Part shown: piece after piece, positions 12,216-24,848 of the stretch | How positions within the stretch are numbered: the first letter of the stretch is position 1 | Layout: each line of letters starts with the position of its first letter | Source: Octopus sinensis | Taxonomy: Eukaryota | Reading direction: 5' to 3' | Length of the DNA: 64,000 nucleotides | Assembly (NCBI RefSeq): GCF_006345805.1 | Contig: NC_043011.1 | Span: 22,518,464-22,582,463 of the forward strand | Position numbers and translations under genes: made by a program | Notes under the pieces: model-generated | Seen by the model: only the letters and a program-made list of their open reading frames with translations | Told to the model about the DNA's origin: nothing | The model's database searches: none

Positions 12216-13232
12216 GGAATAAGTACTAGGCTTTAAAAAATAAGTACTTGGGTCGATGCATTCGTCTAAAAGAATTATTCAAGGCGGTGCTCCTGCATGG
12301 CCATAGTCCAACATGGATCATACATAGACATATTAATTTTATGTGTTATTAGCTTAAAAGGCGCACTTCATGCGGACTTTTCACCTAGCTCCTACGGAGG
12401 GCTAATTGGGCCTGCAGCCCAAAACTAAAGAGAGCTAAATAGCTTGATTATAATACGCCTATTATAATACGGTGGTCAGGGGCTAAGGACGGATGAGAAT
12501 TAATTCTGTAATGCAATCATTCTATTGTTCCAGTTCCAAGTTGAATTCCAACAGTTGGCCACTTTGTTCCAAAGTTCTTATCTCGACATACGATTAACGA
12601 AGTAAATATCATTTATCTCCCTTTTGATCTCTGATGTCATCTGACAAATGCTAACTAATATGGCGTGAATCAGTCCATCTTTACTTGCTAGAAATAGCAA
12701 TTCAAATGCTTTAAAATCAGATCCAAATGTTAGGTGTTCAAGAAGGGTAGATTTTCTATCCCGGGATCATCCTGATTCCAAAAAGATATAATATGTCTAT
12801 GTACAACACATGTAGACTGAGATGCAGGGGTCCCGGACAGACAGACAGAATTTCGCTTTTATTAATATAGAAAATATCCTATAGAACTGATTATTTACTA
12901 CAACAGCAGTAACAGATTCTCCGATATTGGTAAAATTTGTTCGGTAAAAAGCGCAGGTTTTTAACAACAACTACAACAATAAACTGGAAAAAAAAACGGC
13001 ATAAAACAAAAACAAACAAAAAAAAACACAAGGACTCATTTAAAATGATTGACATTTTTATGGTTAGGAACAATGGGATATAGTGGTGATCATGCCTTTT
13101 CCATGGCTATTAGTGGAGCAAATGAAGTGAAATAGCTTCAACACAAAGTCGAAATCACGTCGCCGATTTGATTCACCTGGAGCTAACCTACTTCTTATCG
13201 TTCAACAGAAGACAGAGATTATTCCTTCGTGA

Positions 13233-13395
13233 TTAAGTTGACAACTGCTGATCATCGGTAAAAGCTTCATTAATGAAATGATGGGATTGTTCAATCTTAT
13301 TGGTGTTCTCTACATTTTCAGTCGTATTATTTGACCTGGATCGTAAAGTCTTTTGAGAAGCTTCATTAACGTTGGTTCTTAATGACAAGCGATTC
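13233..13395 (-). CDS. Mucin-like type I membrane protein, last coding exon (cytoplasmic tail)
   Basis: Acceptor tttctttcag, phase 2 matching the TM exon. Encodes (R)NRLSLRTNVNEASQKTLRSRSNNTTENVENTNKIEQSHHFINEAFTDDQQLST then TAA. Confidence 0.75.
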
Positions 13396-13421
13396 CTGAA
13401 AGAAATATAAATACAAATATG

Positions 13422-14173
13422 GGATCTTTTCTTTTTGATGGACGGAATTTTCTAGTTAACTTCGTATACTTGTAGAATGTGTCAAAAGAAAACATTATTG
13501 TAAACAAAATTGAAAACAAAATTGTAATTTGTAACTTTAACGAAGTTTAATTCTTCGAATTTTAACCAATGAAATCCTAGCATTCGAGCTCAAATCATTT
13601 GCTGCGTCTAAAAACTCACACACACACGTCTTATTCATCCTTCTCGCTTCTGTCTTCTGCTAGAAATAACAGCTATATCTCTTAAATCGGTGAATTTCGT
13701 CGCCCAATAAAAATATTAACGATATTTTTTGAATATTTTCTTTATTTTTTTTTGCCGAAAAGGCTTCTCCCATGGTTTTGAAGGGCCAGAAACAACAAAA
13801 ACAAAACAATAATATGCTTAAAGCGGTCTAGAGTTTGCGCGTGGAGTGTGAGTCGTATTGTAAAAATTTGCGAAATATTTTTTCATAAAAGGATGCCCCA
13901 GCTTGTCGGAAGCTGTGATATAAATTGGGAAAAAAATCCTCGACACCAGTGCCTAATTAGTACTTAATTTATCGATCCCGAAACGATGAAACATTGACCC
14001 CCCCCTTCTGGTTTATTTACCTTTTGTGTAAATTCGTGGCGGCAAGGGGCAACTCACGAACGTGTATGTATGCTTGTGTGCGTATGTGTGTGTATGTATA
14101 TCTCCGTTTGTATGTGTGTACACGCTTATATATTAATTACTATGTGCTTGTGCAAATGTATATGCATGTGTTT

Positions 14174-14250
<77 letters not shown>

Positions 14251-14617
14251 TGACAGAGAGTGTGTGTGTGTGTGCAAGTGTACGTGTGTATGTATCTGAA
14301 TGTGTGTGTGTGTATGCGGCATGCGTCTGCTATGTTTCTTTATCAATATCAATAACGCAGCAAATGATTTGAACTCAAATGCTCGGATTTCATTGGTTAA
14401 AATTCGAAGATGCTGGGATTTCATTGGTTAAAATTCGAAGATGCTGGGATTTCATTGGTTAAAATTCGAAGAATTAAACTACGTTAAAGTTACAAATTAC
14501 AATTTTGTTTTCAATTTTGTTTACAATAATGTTTTCTTTTGACACATTCTACCAGTATACGAAGTTTCAAATATTTTAGTTAACTAGAAAATTCCGTCCA
14601 TCAAAAAGAAAAGATCC
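13422..14617. mobile_element. Merlin-like element with long (about 150 bp) TIRs and 8-bp TSD
   Basis: GGATCTTTTCTTTTTGATGGACGGAATTTTCTAG is mirrored at the right end. TSD CAAATATG at 13414-13421 and 14618-14625. Shares termini and a subterminal motif with 5764-6180. Confidence 0.85.
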
Positions 14618-14954
14618 CAAATATGAGTTAATTCATCTGTAAATAGATAAAACTGTAATTCCGTTCAAGGAGGTGGCGGATCGGCCTGCCCGCCTAGCTA
14701 GCAGTGTGACATAATTCGAAAGCTACACCAATGTGTGGAAGTGCATTGTGATCAACGGTGTCTAACAACATCTGACAGGCTGGTCGATACAATGATACAG
14801 TGATTACACACACGCGCGCGCACACACGCACACACGCACGCACACACTCACGCACGCACGCACGCATAGAAACATCAACATTATTTGCGCAATTTCGCAC
14901 TTGATTTTCTCGGCTTTCATTAGGATTAATCTTTTTATATTTTCTTTATTTTTT

Positions 14955-15634
14955 TACTTGAAAGGTTTTAGTCGAGCAAATCAGTCCCGGGACTTATTTT
15001 CAAGCCTAGTACTTATTCTATCGGTTTCTTATGCCGAAGCGCTAAGTTACGGGAGCGTGAACACATCAGCACTGGTTGTCAAACGGTGGTGGCGGACAAA
15101 CACGGACACAAAGACACACACACATACATACATACATACATACATACATACATACATACATGCATACATACATACATGCATACATACATATAATATGCAT
15201 ACATGCATACGTGCACACACACTCACATACATACTGAACACACACACACACACACACATAAACAATTGCAGCGTGGAAGTTGTTTATAAGCCATTTAAGA
15301 AACACACAAAAACTGTTAGATTCACTTCAACATTTTCCGTGCTGCACGGAATTTTGTCAGTGAATATGTCGCGGTTTTAAAGCGACGAAAATATCTTGAC
15401 AAATTAAATTTAAATGTTGAAGTGAATCTAACGGTTTTTGTGTTTCTTAAGTGGCTTATAAACACCTTCCACGCTGCAATTGTTTTCGTTCCAGCACACG
15501 ATCTCAGATCAGGTCATTTGCTACGCAAGTACATCTCCGTAATATATACTTTTCAATTCCTGAGCGTTATACTAATACATCTGTTTGTTTTGTACACCAC
15601 CTGTCTTCGTCTTTTGTTTTTTTCGTGAACTCTC

Positions 15635-15712
<78 letters not shown>

Positions 15713-15860
15713 GACGAGCTTGTTTCAGTTTCCGCCTACCAAATTTGGTTGGCTCGAAGCTATAGTAGAAGATACTTGCTCAAGGTGCTACGCAGTGAGA
15801 CTGAACCCGGAACCTTATGGTTGGCAAGCAAACTTCTTACCTCATAGCCACGCCTGCGCC
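14955..15860 (-). mobile_element. Family B SINE split by a nested insertion (about 15260-15636)
   Basis: Tail at 14955-15110 and head at 15710-15860. The insert lies in the internal microsatellite and carries a 75-bp inverted repeat. Confidence 0.7.
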
Positions 15861-15989
15861 TAATTGTTTATTTAAGCACTAGTCAATAACTTGAGTTATT
15901 TTGTATGATATTCACGAGGATTTCGACGGAGACAATCTGTCCGTCTCTCCGTCCGTCCGTCTCTCCGTCCGTCCGTCCATCCATCCAGC

Positions 15990-16560
15990 CATCCATATTC
16001 TCTGCTTACTATTCGCGAGAGGGTCGTAGGAGTAGAGTTTCCGTCCCCAGGTGCCCCTTCCATAGGGTCCTATCAGAAGCAACCGTCATTACACTTTACG
16101 GTAGGATTCCCAACTATCTCGTTCTTGATCTATTCCTGGGTCTCTTGCTGGTTGGCTCTGCTTGAAGAATCCGTCTTGCGACATTCTCATCACATGTTCG
16201 TAGCACCGGAGCAGCAACCTCTCAATGTAGAGAAGTATTGGCTCAACCTGGAGAGACTCTCTGATCTCCGAGTTACGCACCCTGTCGAATAACGTTACTT
16301 CCAAAGATCCTTGGGTGTAACCCCATTTAGGCTGTTTGTATTAACAATTGTACTCTTGCAGTCATTACCCAAGATTCATGACTCTTGGTGATGAGAAGCA
16401 CGGAAACCGAATCGAAGACGGTGAGCTTGGCTTTCTTTATCAACTTCTCTTCTTCTGAGAATCGAATACTGGAGCTGGCGCATTTCTGTGACAACACTTG
16501 ATTCTGTTATCCGAATCAGTCTCCTGCTTCCTACCACTTATGAACACGGCCCAAGTAGTG
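15990..16560 (-). pseudogene. RTE-clade LINE RT fragment
   Basis: VTLFDRVRNSEIRESLQVEPILLYIERLLLRCYEHVMRM, an RTE-type C-terminal RT region. Frameshifted. Confidence 0.75.
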
Positions 16561-16920
16561 GAACACCACTTTAACTGAAGACAATAACAGCCAAAATGAC
16601 ATGAATTAGTCTTAGTTGGAAATCAAAACCGAATCGTTAAATCTACGAGAAATATCTGCTGAATCTCTTTCAAATGAGAGCTACTGTTTTAAAACAAAAG
16701 GAAAATATGCTGTATCTCTATTAAAACGTCAGGATCGCCATGCGTGGAATGGCTTTGTAGGTATACTTGAGCAGGGCTGCTCTAGATCTAACCAACAATC
16801 TATCGGAAATACAGACAATTACAAAAACGTATTGTAAAACAAAACAATTTAAAGTAACCAAACTACATACAGCTCTTAAGCCTTTCACTGTAGAACTGTT
16901 ATATATATACACACACACAC

Positions 16921-17032
<112 letters not shown>

Positions 17033-17915
17033 CAAGAATTTAGGCAAAGCAACTCAACTGGAAAGCTCATGATAACCCCCACTCCTTTTGGACAGCAACA
17101 AGTGTATTATCTACATCCACTGGACTCCCTCTGCTCAGATGGTCAACAAAGAGTACTATATGCATTAAAATAAAAAAAATCCTACTTTGAAGGAGATTAG
17201 AGTTTTGTACATCTTTGAAATTTACTAAGGTCTTTCCTGGAAAAGTCACAAAACTTCTGGAATGCACCTTGTATTTCACAACGTTTGTTAACATAAATAC
17301 GACGTAAATGTAACAACTCTCGTTTAGCATTGACACATGAGTTTTTTCTTGTCGAGCATTCATCGCTCTTCAATAGTCTGTGTATGGATGTTCTTATCGC
17401 TGGATCAACAAAATTTAAAGAATGGCTCACAATTTCACAACTATATATGACACCTAAACTAACATAGGAAGCCCACCTATCGGATATCAAACGTGTTTCT
17501 GTGGATTTTCATTGGTATTGTTGGGTAGTCTACGCTGCAGCGGTATATTTCAACTGCTATTTCAGAAATGCTCATGTTATCATCAGCAGATACTATATAA
17601 CTAGGTGCCTGTGTTTTTGAAATTATGGGATTTCACAATTGTCCCTTCCAACGCAATTTACTTTCACTTTCTTATGACACTCAATGTTAATCCATGTTAA
17701 CTGAATGATAGACAGTTCCGAGTTTCTGTGTTTAAATATCACTGCGATATTTAATGATATATCATTGATATATCAATGATATATCATTGCTTCTTAATCT
17801 CTCTAAAATTATGTAATATGAACTATCAAATGTATTAACGCTTAGCAATCAATTCCTCAACCATCCCGTACAAAACCATTATATCTGAGAAAGAAAGTAT
17901 TGTTTCAAATCTTAC

Positions 17916-18000
17916 CTTTGTTTACGATAAAAAACGATCCCAACAATGATGAGAATGGCAGCCAGAAGACAAACAACCACAACCGACACAATAATGGCAG
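17916..18000 (-). CDS. Mucin-like type I membrane protein, transmembrane exon
   Basis: Acceptor ttatctccag, donor AG/gtaaga, phase 1 to 2. Encodes AAIIVSVVVVCLLAAILIIVGIVFYRKQR (hydrophobic helix plus basic stop-transfer). Confidence 0.88.
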
Positions 18001-18379
18001 CTGGAGATAACAGAAAGACAGTTGCTATATTAGGTTAGAATAACGATTTCTAAAGGGGTAAGTAATGCTCCCGATCGTAGAATGGTAGAATTATCCCAAG
18101 ATGGCGATAAGATTAAAGTGGATGCTGGAGAGGGAGTACTAGGTGTAAGAGAGATGGTGCCAAAACTTTTGGCTTGTCAAACAGCTAAGCATATATCAAT
18201 CTAGTCACGAATGACTGAGCGGTAACAGTTCCCCTCACCCCAAAACTTTTGAAATGGATAAAAATTCGAAATGATTCGCTAAATAGCTTTTTGAAAAGCA
18301 TTATCTTTAAGTAAGGCAGGGTTGAGTTGTATTGAGTTACAGCAGAGAATAAAATAACTTTTGCGAATGAGTGCGTGTG

Positions 18380-18445
<66 letters not shown>

Positions 18446-18587
18446 GTATGTATATATATAATCAGCCGAAATTGCTACGATGATCCGGTTCTTGACTGAA
18501 GATTGAGGGCTTCGAATGTCCATGTTTTTTGTATCGTCTTCTAAGTGTTTTGCGTTCTTGTCCCAGTTTGTATTTTTCTACATATAA

Positions 18588-18655
<68 letters not shown>

Positions 18656-19702
18656 ATCTTTAATCGGTGATTGCACCATACAAAACCGACGATCGTTGCA
18701 ATTGTGCCAGCATATTTAGATACAGAAAATATCAATCAAATTAATATATCCGAAAAATATGTTACCAAGGCAATCCAAAATTGGTTAAATTCAAAGTGAA
18801 CTAAGAAAATATTTCTATTAGACGAACGCAAATAAGAAGAACGTCAAGAAAATATATAATGTTCTAAGAAAAATCAATTTAGTATTTAACTTTTGATGAC
18901 GTCAGTTGATAACGAAAGAAGAAAAAAATTAACACGAATTCTACGTCACGACAATTAGAAACAGAAATTCTGCGTCACAATAATTAGTTATCCATCAAAT
19001 ATGCTAAACGCTTGGATTTATTTGTCATACATCAGGAATTACCCTGAGTATTTGTTCTATTTGTATTTATTGGGAGCTGATTGTTGGATATAGTCAGCCA
19101 AATTCGTTTAACACTGCCAGGACTTATTAATCCATTTTTACTTACTGTCTAAGAATCCACAAGTTGGAAAAAATATGCTTTTGCATGTATTTGTCAATAG
19201 AATGGGTATATTAATCAAAATACGTAGTATTATAGATTCACTTCAGCCTATCTTACTAATCGGTATCTGAAGAGCACGTGGTGCTGCTATATAACAATAT
19301 CTGGTTATTTAATAGCCAGTACGAAACCGATTGATAAGATTGGCTGAAATGGATTACGGCATACTTCGACGATATTCGCACGAGCGCATGTATGTATGTT
19401 TCGGTTATAAATGCTGAAAACTTGAAAAGGCCAATAATTCAGAGTAGTAAATGCCAAAACATTGAATTGTGAAATATTTTAGAAAAATAAGAAAAACAGT
19501 TAGTAAAATTTCATGAGCACACACACACACACACACCACACACACACACACACATGCTGCTAGGCAATTTGTTCGACGCGGTAATGATTCTGCAAGCTTT
19601 AATAAGATTAAAGCAGAGTGTATCTTAAGATAAGAGGGTGGTCAGGAATCTGTGGTTTTCTTCTTCATTTAATTTTAGAAATGCAAATAACAATGGACTA
19701 AC

Positions 19703-21013
19703 CTGGTATGGCTGCCTTGCCGGAATACGTCAAGAAAAAGTTACGAGTCGGTGCAAGTGTACTACTAATATTGTTTATATCGTTGGTTGTTTTATGTATA
19801 GAGACCTTCGGAGGTTCGGTGCGAGTAGGAATATTTCTGAATAAATATTTTGTCGTAGTGGAACTACTTTCTGCTTGTAAATTATCGTGGAACTGATTCA
19901 ATGTTGTGGTTATTGTTTGTGTAAAGGTCTCACTAACATTTCCCAATAAAGTATTTGATGTATCTCTTATTGACGAATTATTTCGGAGTAAATCCTTTGA
20001 TAAAGCTTCATTTAAAGTTGTATCGATTAAATTCTCTGGCGTTGCAGCTTCTGTCTCTATTGCCAACGATAATCTGGAAGGGCGGGCTGTCCAGTTTATG
20101 TTGAGAGATGTAGCTTGTGATGTTATGACTGAATCTACGAGAGTGGATGATGTAATAAATACGTCAGCGGATTTTGTTTCATTCAAAGAATTCTTTGTGA
20201 TATTCCTTGGAAGTGCGCTTGATATAACTTCAGTCGAACTATTATTTATGGGTAAATCCTTTGATACAGTCCAACGCGAAGTCGTATTAATTAGATTCTC
20301 TGATGTTAAAGTTTCTGTCACTATTACCGGCAGCAGACGAGGCCTGTGCGTTTTCCAATTCTGTTCAGCTGATACGGATACTGTGCGAAACATATCACCA
20401 GTATCTTTTGCTGCTGATAAATCTGATGCTGAAGTGAAAGAGCTGGATGCCAATGTTGTTTCCGGTGTAGATTTTATACTTTCCTGACGAGTTGCAAAAG
20501 TGATCGTTTCATTATCCTGACGAGTTGCAAAAGTAATCGTTTCATTATGCTTTGGCGAATCATATATGTTATCCGAGATGGTTGCGTTATTGTATTGTTC
20601 GGTAACCGTATAGTTTGCAAGAAGTGAAATAAGTGATTTCATATTGATTGTCGTTATTGGCACAGTGGTTTTTGGTAATTTTGTTGCTGTATTTCCTGAC
20701 GCTGTTGTATTTGATGCCGTTGTTGTAGGACCTGACGCTGTTGTATTTGATACTGTTGCATTTGGCGCCATAGCTGAATTTCTTGATGCTGTTACCATTG
20801 TTGCTGCTCTTTTTATTCTCTTTATCCGAAGCGTTATATAAGTGTTGTTTTGAGTCGAAGAAAGATTTGACCGACTGTGTCCATTTCTCGTTGATGTAAA
20901 CTCTTTTGGGGTGAAAAGGCGTGAAGATTTCTTCCTGGGTTTTGAAGTTTTCATACTTTCTTTTGATGTTAGTTTCTTTGTAGAAGACTCTGGTATGCTT
21001 TCGTTACGATGGG
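19703..21013 (-). CDS. Mucin-like type I membrane protein, 1311-nt Ser/Thr-rich stalk exon
   Basis: The 418-aa ORF extends upstream to acceptor acattccag, with donor G/gttagt. Length is divisible by 3 (phase 1-1). S/T-rich with many N-x-S/T sequons and an RIKRIKR motif. Confidence 0.88.
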
Positions 21014-21263
21014 CTGGAATGTAATAATGATGCTTTTACATTAGAATGAGACCACAACTGTTGGGAGTAAGGATGTAATGAATTTAATCAACCACGTACA
21101 TAGCTAGCAATATATTTTACCGAATCTAAAATGAGAGGCAAAGTCATCCTCGATGATATTTGATATCACAACGTAATGAGATGTAACTAAATGTTGTCAG
21201 CCATTTAGTCCGGGCTATTGACGTGTCTGTACTTCCTCTGCCTAATAACAATGGGGTTCTACA

Positions 21264-21400
21264 ATGCAGTTTGGAATAAGTAACTGTGCAGTGTTAATTA
21301 TGAAGAGAGACCCGAAGATAAACTCTGATGGCATAAAATTACTACAATACAATATCATTAGCTCGTTGAGGAATAATGAGGGACACAAATACTTGATTGG
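21264..21400 (+). pseudogene. Small R4/Dong-like RT fragment
   Basis: MQFGISNCAVLIMKR...HKYL resembles the post-YxDD region of RLE-clade LINEs, similar to 34870-36950. Confidence 0.5.
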
Positions 21401-21584
21401 TACTTTATTTTATCGGCCTGAAAGGATGAAAGGCAAAGTTGATCTCGGCGGTATTTGAACACAAAGCGTAAAGATCTGAAAGAATTGTTGCTAAGCATTT
21501 TCTCAGACGTGGTAACTATTCTGTCAGCCCACCGCCTTAATAATAATAATAATAATATAATAATAATAATAGTAATAATAATAA

Positions 21585-21800
21585 TCTTTTCTACTATAGC
21601 CACAAGGCCTAAAATTTGGGGGAGGGACATAGTCGATTACATCGGCCCCAGTACTCAATTAGTGATTATTTTGTCGACCTCAAAATGATGAAAGGCAAAG
21701 TTGACCTCGGCGGAATTTGAACTCACAACGTAAAGACGGACGAAATGCCGCTAAGCATTTTATCCGACGTACTAACAATTCTACGGGCTCGCCGTCTTAA
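21585..21800 (-). mobile_element. tRNA-derived SINE, family A (plus adjacent partial copy at 21400-21540)
   Basis: Family A core in reverse orientation, flanked by (TAA)n. Confidence 0.75.
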
Positions 21801-21802
21801 TG

Positions 21803-21847
<45 letters not shown>

Positions 21848-22125
21848 GGGTAAAGACCTCTTTCGGTCATGAATGATCATAGGATCGCACCTAAAAAGTT
21901 CTCCTCCGAGGCACAAGTCCAGCAAAGGTTATTTATGGACATACCAGAGGCCAATACAGCTTGGCACTAGTAACATCGCAACTCATTTCTATAACTGAGT
22001 GAACTGGAGCAACATAAAATAAGGTGTCTTGCTCAAGAACACGACAAAAACCCTGTCCGGGAATCGAACTCACTACCTCATGATTGTGAGCCCGACGCTT
22101 TAAACACTGAGCCATGAGACTTCAC
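21848..22125 (-). mobile_element. tRNA-derived SINE, family D
   Basis: Head TGGCTCAGTG...GAGTTCGATTCCCGG then GTGTTCTTGAGCAAGACAC. Homologous to 57916-58235 and 60780-61120. Confidence 0.75.
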
Positions 22126-22404
22126 AATTATGATAATAGTAATAATAATGGCCATTGTCGTAAATGCAGTACCACAAATCATTGAGCAAGATCCACACGA
22201 CTCCGTCAACCCCAATATGTAAATACTACTAAAGTTATCGACACTATGTGATTTGAAAGACCAGCAGGTCTCCTGACGGCAGGATTCAGACCAAGAACGT
22301 AAGGAGTCGTAAGCAAGTACTGCTAGAGATCTTGTTCAGTGCTCTGCTATCTCTGCCATTCTGCTCTAATTGTGATAATTCTAGTAATGGTATCTAACAT
22401 AGCA

Positions 22405-22640
22405 AAAAGGCGGGGTGAGCTGGCAGAGTCGTTAGCACGCCGGGCGAAATGCGTAGCCGTATTTCGTCTGCCGTTACGTTATGAGTTCAAATTCCGCCGA
22501 GGTCGACTTTGCCTTTCATCCTTTCGGGGTCGATAAATTAAGAACCAGTTACACACTGGGGTCGATATAATCGACTTAATCCGTTCTATGTCCTTGTTTG
22601 TCCCCTCTGTGTTTAGCCCCTTGTGGGTAGTAAAGAAATA
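22405..22640 (+). mobile_element. Full-length family A SINE with 16-bp TSD
   Basis: TSD GGTATCTAACATAGCA at 22389-22404 and 22641-22656. A and B boxes present. Confidence 0.9.
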
Positions 22641-22839
22641 GGTATCTAACATAGCATAAGACCATTCATTTTGGGGGATGAATGTAGTCGAGTACGGAAA
22701 AAAGATGCAGAAACGAAAAGCAAAGTTATCCGCAATGGGATTTGAACTTTTAGCGTCAAGAGGTGCAACTTAATACTGATAAGATATTTTGTCCGGTGTG
22801 CTGCTATTTTTGCTGTCCAATTACATGATGATGGTCAGG

Positions 22840-23055
22840 AGGCGAGTTGGCAGAATCGTTACCACACCAGACGAAATGCTGCTGCTAAGCATTTCGTCCA
22901 TCTTTACGTTCTGAGTTCAAATTCCACCGAGGTCGATTTTGCCTTTCATTCCTTTCGGGGTCGATAAAATAAGTACGAGATGAACACTGTGGTCGATGTA
23001 AACAACTTGGCCCCTGCCCCAAACCTGCTGGCCTTGTGCCGAAATTTGAAACCAA
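22840..23055 (+). mobile_element. tRNA-derived SINE, family A
   Basis: Family A head and core. Confidence 0.75.
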
Positions 23056-23157
23056 TTACTTGATGATGGTAGTAATAAAAACGCATCAGTGAAGGCGGCG
23101 GCAGAAGCAGCAGCAACAGCAGTAGTAGTAGTAGTAGTAGTAAACATTTAAACTTAC

Positions 23158-23343
23158 TAACGCTGAAAACGTTCAGAACACATTTATCCATGATCCCATC
23201 AGTGCGTCGCAAATTTGCCGACGTCTGTTGTCGACCAGTTCTGTTACATTGGCAAAAATATGAGGAACGTTCTTTTCTCAACCATGGAAACCTTATGCAT
23301 CGGCTATTCCTTTCAGGGTTGCAGTTCTCATAATGCCTAGCTC
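23158..23343 (-). CDS. Mucin-like membrane protein, second Cys-rich exon
   Basis: Acceptor tttttctgtag, donor A/gtaagt, 186 nt, phase 1-1. GARHYENCNPERNSRCIRFPWLRKERSSYFCQCNRTGRQQTSANLRRTDGIMDKCVLNVFSV. Confidence 0.8.
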
Positions 23344-23513
23344 CTACAGAAAAAGAATATAAGAATACAAGGGCTAACTTCGCTTTAGGACATAGAGAAA
23401 CAACATGTGTAGTATAAGCAAAATTTCGTCATATTCTATTTTCTGTTACACCAATATTTCTTTAACTTGTGATATAAGCTTTAAAAAAATGTTTTGAATG
23501 TTTATTCTTTTAC

Positions 23514-23654
23514 CTTTGATACATTTTCTGTGATTCTTGAAAAACGCGAAGCCTCGGAGACAGGAACATTTATTGTCATTGCAGTTTTGATGTCGGCAGG
23601 TAAATCTAGCAAGGCACTTCGTGTATCGTAAACATTTCTCCCAAATTCTAGCTC
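23514..23654 (-). CDS. Mucin-like membrane protein, first Cys-rich (EB/EGF-like) exon
   Basis: Acceptor ttttgaag, donor G/gtaaaa, 141 nt, phase 1-1. GARIWEKCLRYTKCLARFTCRHQNCNDNKCSCLRGFAFFKNHRKCIK. Confidence 0.8.
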
Positions 23655-24549
23655 CTTCAAAATATATACACACACATGCATATATGTAAATTTAATGGTA
23701 AGATATTTTTCGTTCACACACACACACACACACACCACACACACACACACACACGTGTACACACACACATACGCACACACACACAATAAAAATTCAAAAG
23801 TGAAACGTTTCAAAGAATTCATTGACATGTATCCGATAATTCCTATATAGCCCCTTAGAAACAAAATACTTCGTCTTGGAGGAGCCGCTCATCTAAAATA
23901 TTAAATGTGTAAATTGAAAAGAAAAATGTTTGCTTTACAGTTATACTTAACTCGTATAGGATCCTCTATTGATTTAGGTCTCCATCTTTGATTCAGGAAT
24001 TTTCCAACATACACGACTCGTACACAACATACATTCACACATACGAGTATGTACGTATATTATTCCTTTTTTAAACAACACCAAAAGGGATTTTTTTATC
24101 TACTAATTGCTTGGATAATTTTAGATGATCGAAGTTTTTCAAATCATGAGATTCCAGTTTTTTTTAAAAAGAAAGTCCCAAACAAGGCGAGAAGTCACTT
24201 AGTGTAAGGGAATATGAAGAAGGAGAAATTAAGATAAAAGGAATGAATTTACTTTGAACATGAAAGAGTTCAGGGCTTAAGATGGGGGAAAACAATGAGA
24301 TGGGAGAGGGTTCTAAAGTCTGGCAGAACGAGGAAAAGGCTACATCTGTAGAAATACTTCCCTATTCGTGGAAGCACAACAACATGAAAGCGCAGTGGGT
24401 TTCGAGTCAGGTAAGAAAAGATCCTATCGTAAGTGTACTTAGTACGCAGAATACTTTCCTGCGATATTTACCCTTGACCAAATTGTTGCTGTCTGATGTT
24501 TAATCTTATATCTCACATTCTGTATCTGATATATACTTGATTTTACATG

Positions 24550-24582
<33 letters not shown>

Positions 24583-24744
24583 TAATTCATATTTATAATG
24601 TATAATTTATAAATTTTAATTCTTAATATTACAAAGTATAAGTTTTTATTCTTAATTTTAATTCTTCATTTTTAATCTTTAATGCTTAATTGTATTGCTT
24701 ATTTTTAAAGGGATGTAAAATTAGATATATAATATTTTGAAATA

Positions 24745-24816
24745 GAACCTGAAGATGTGTTGGAATAATTGTAAATCTGACGATTGCATATATGTATATA
24801 TATATATATATATATG

Positions 24817-24848
<32 letters not shown>

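Noticed and set aside
17055-17600. Possible mariner remnant
   Set aside because: Only one TIR-like stretch and no recognisable transposase motif, so too decayed to support.
19638-20841. Plus-strand ORFs such as 19906-20487
   Set aside because: Antisense shadows of the S/T-rich minus-strand exon, which has splice sites and a coherent gene model.
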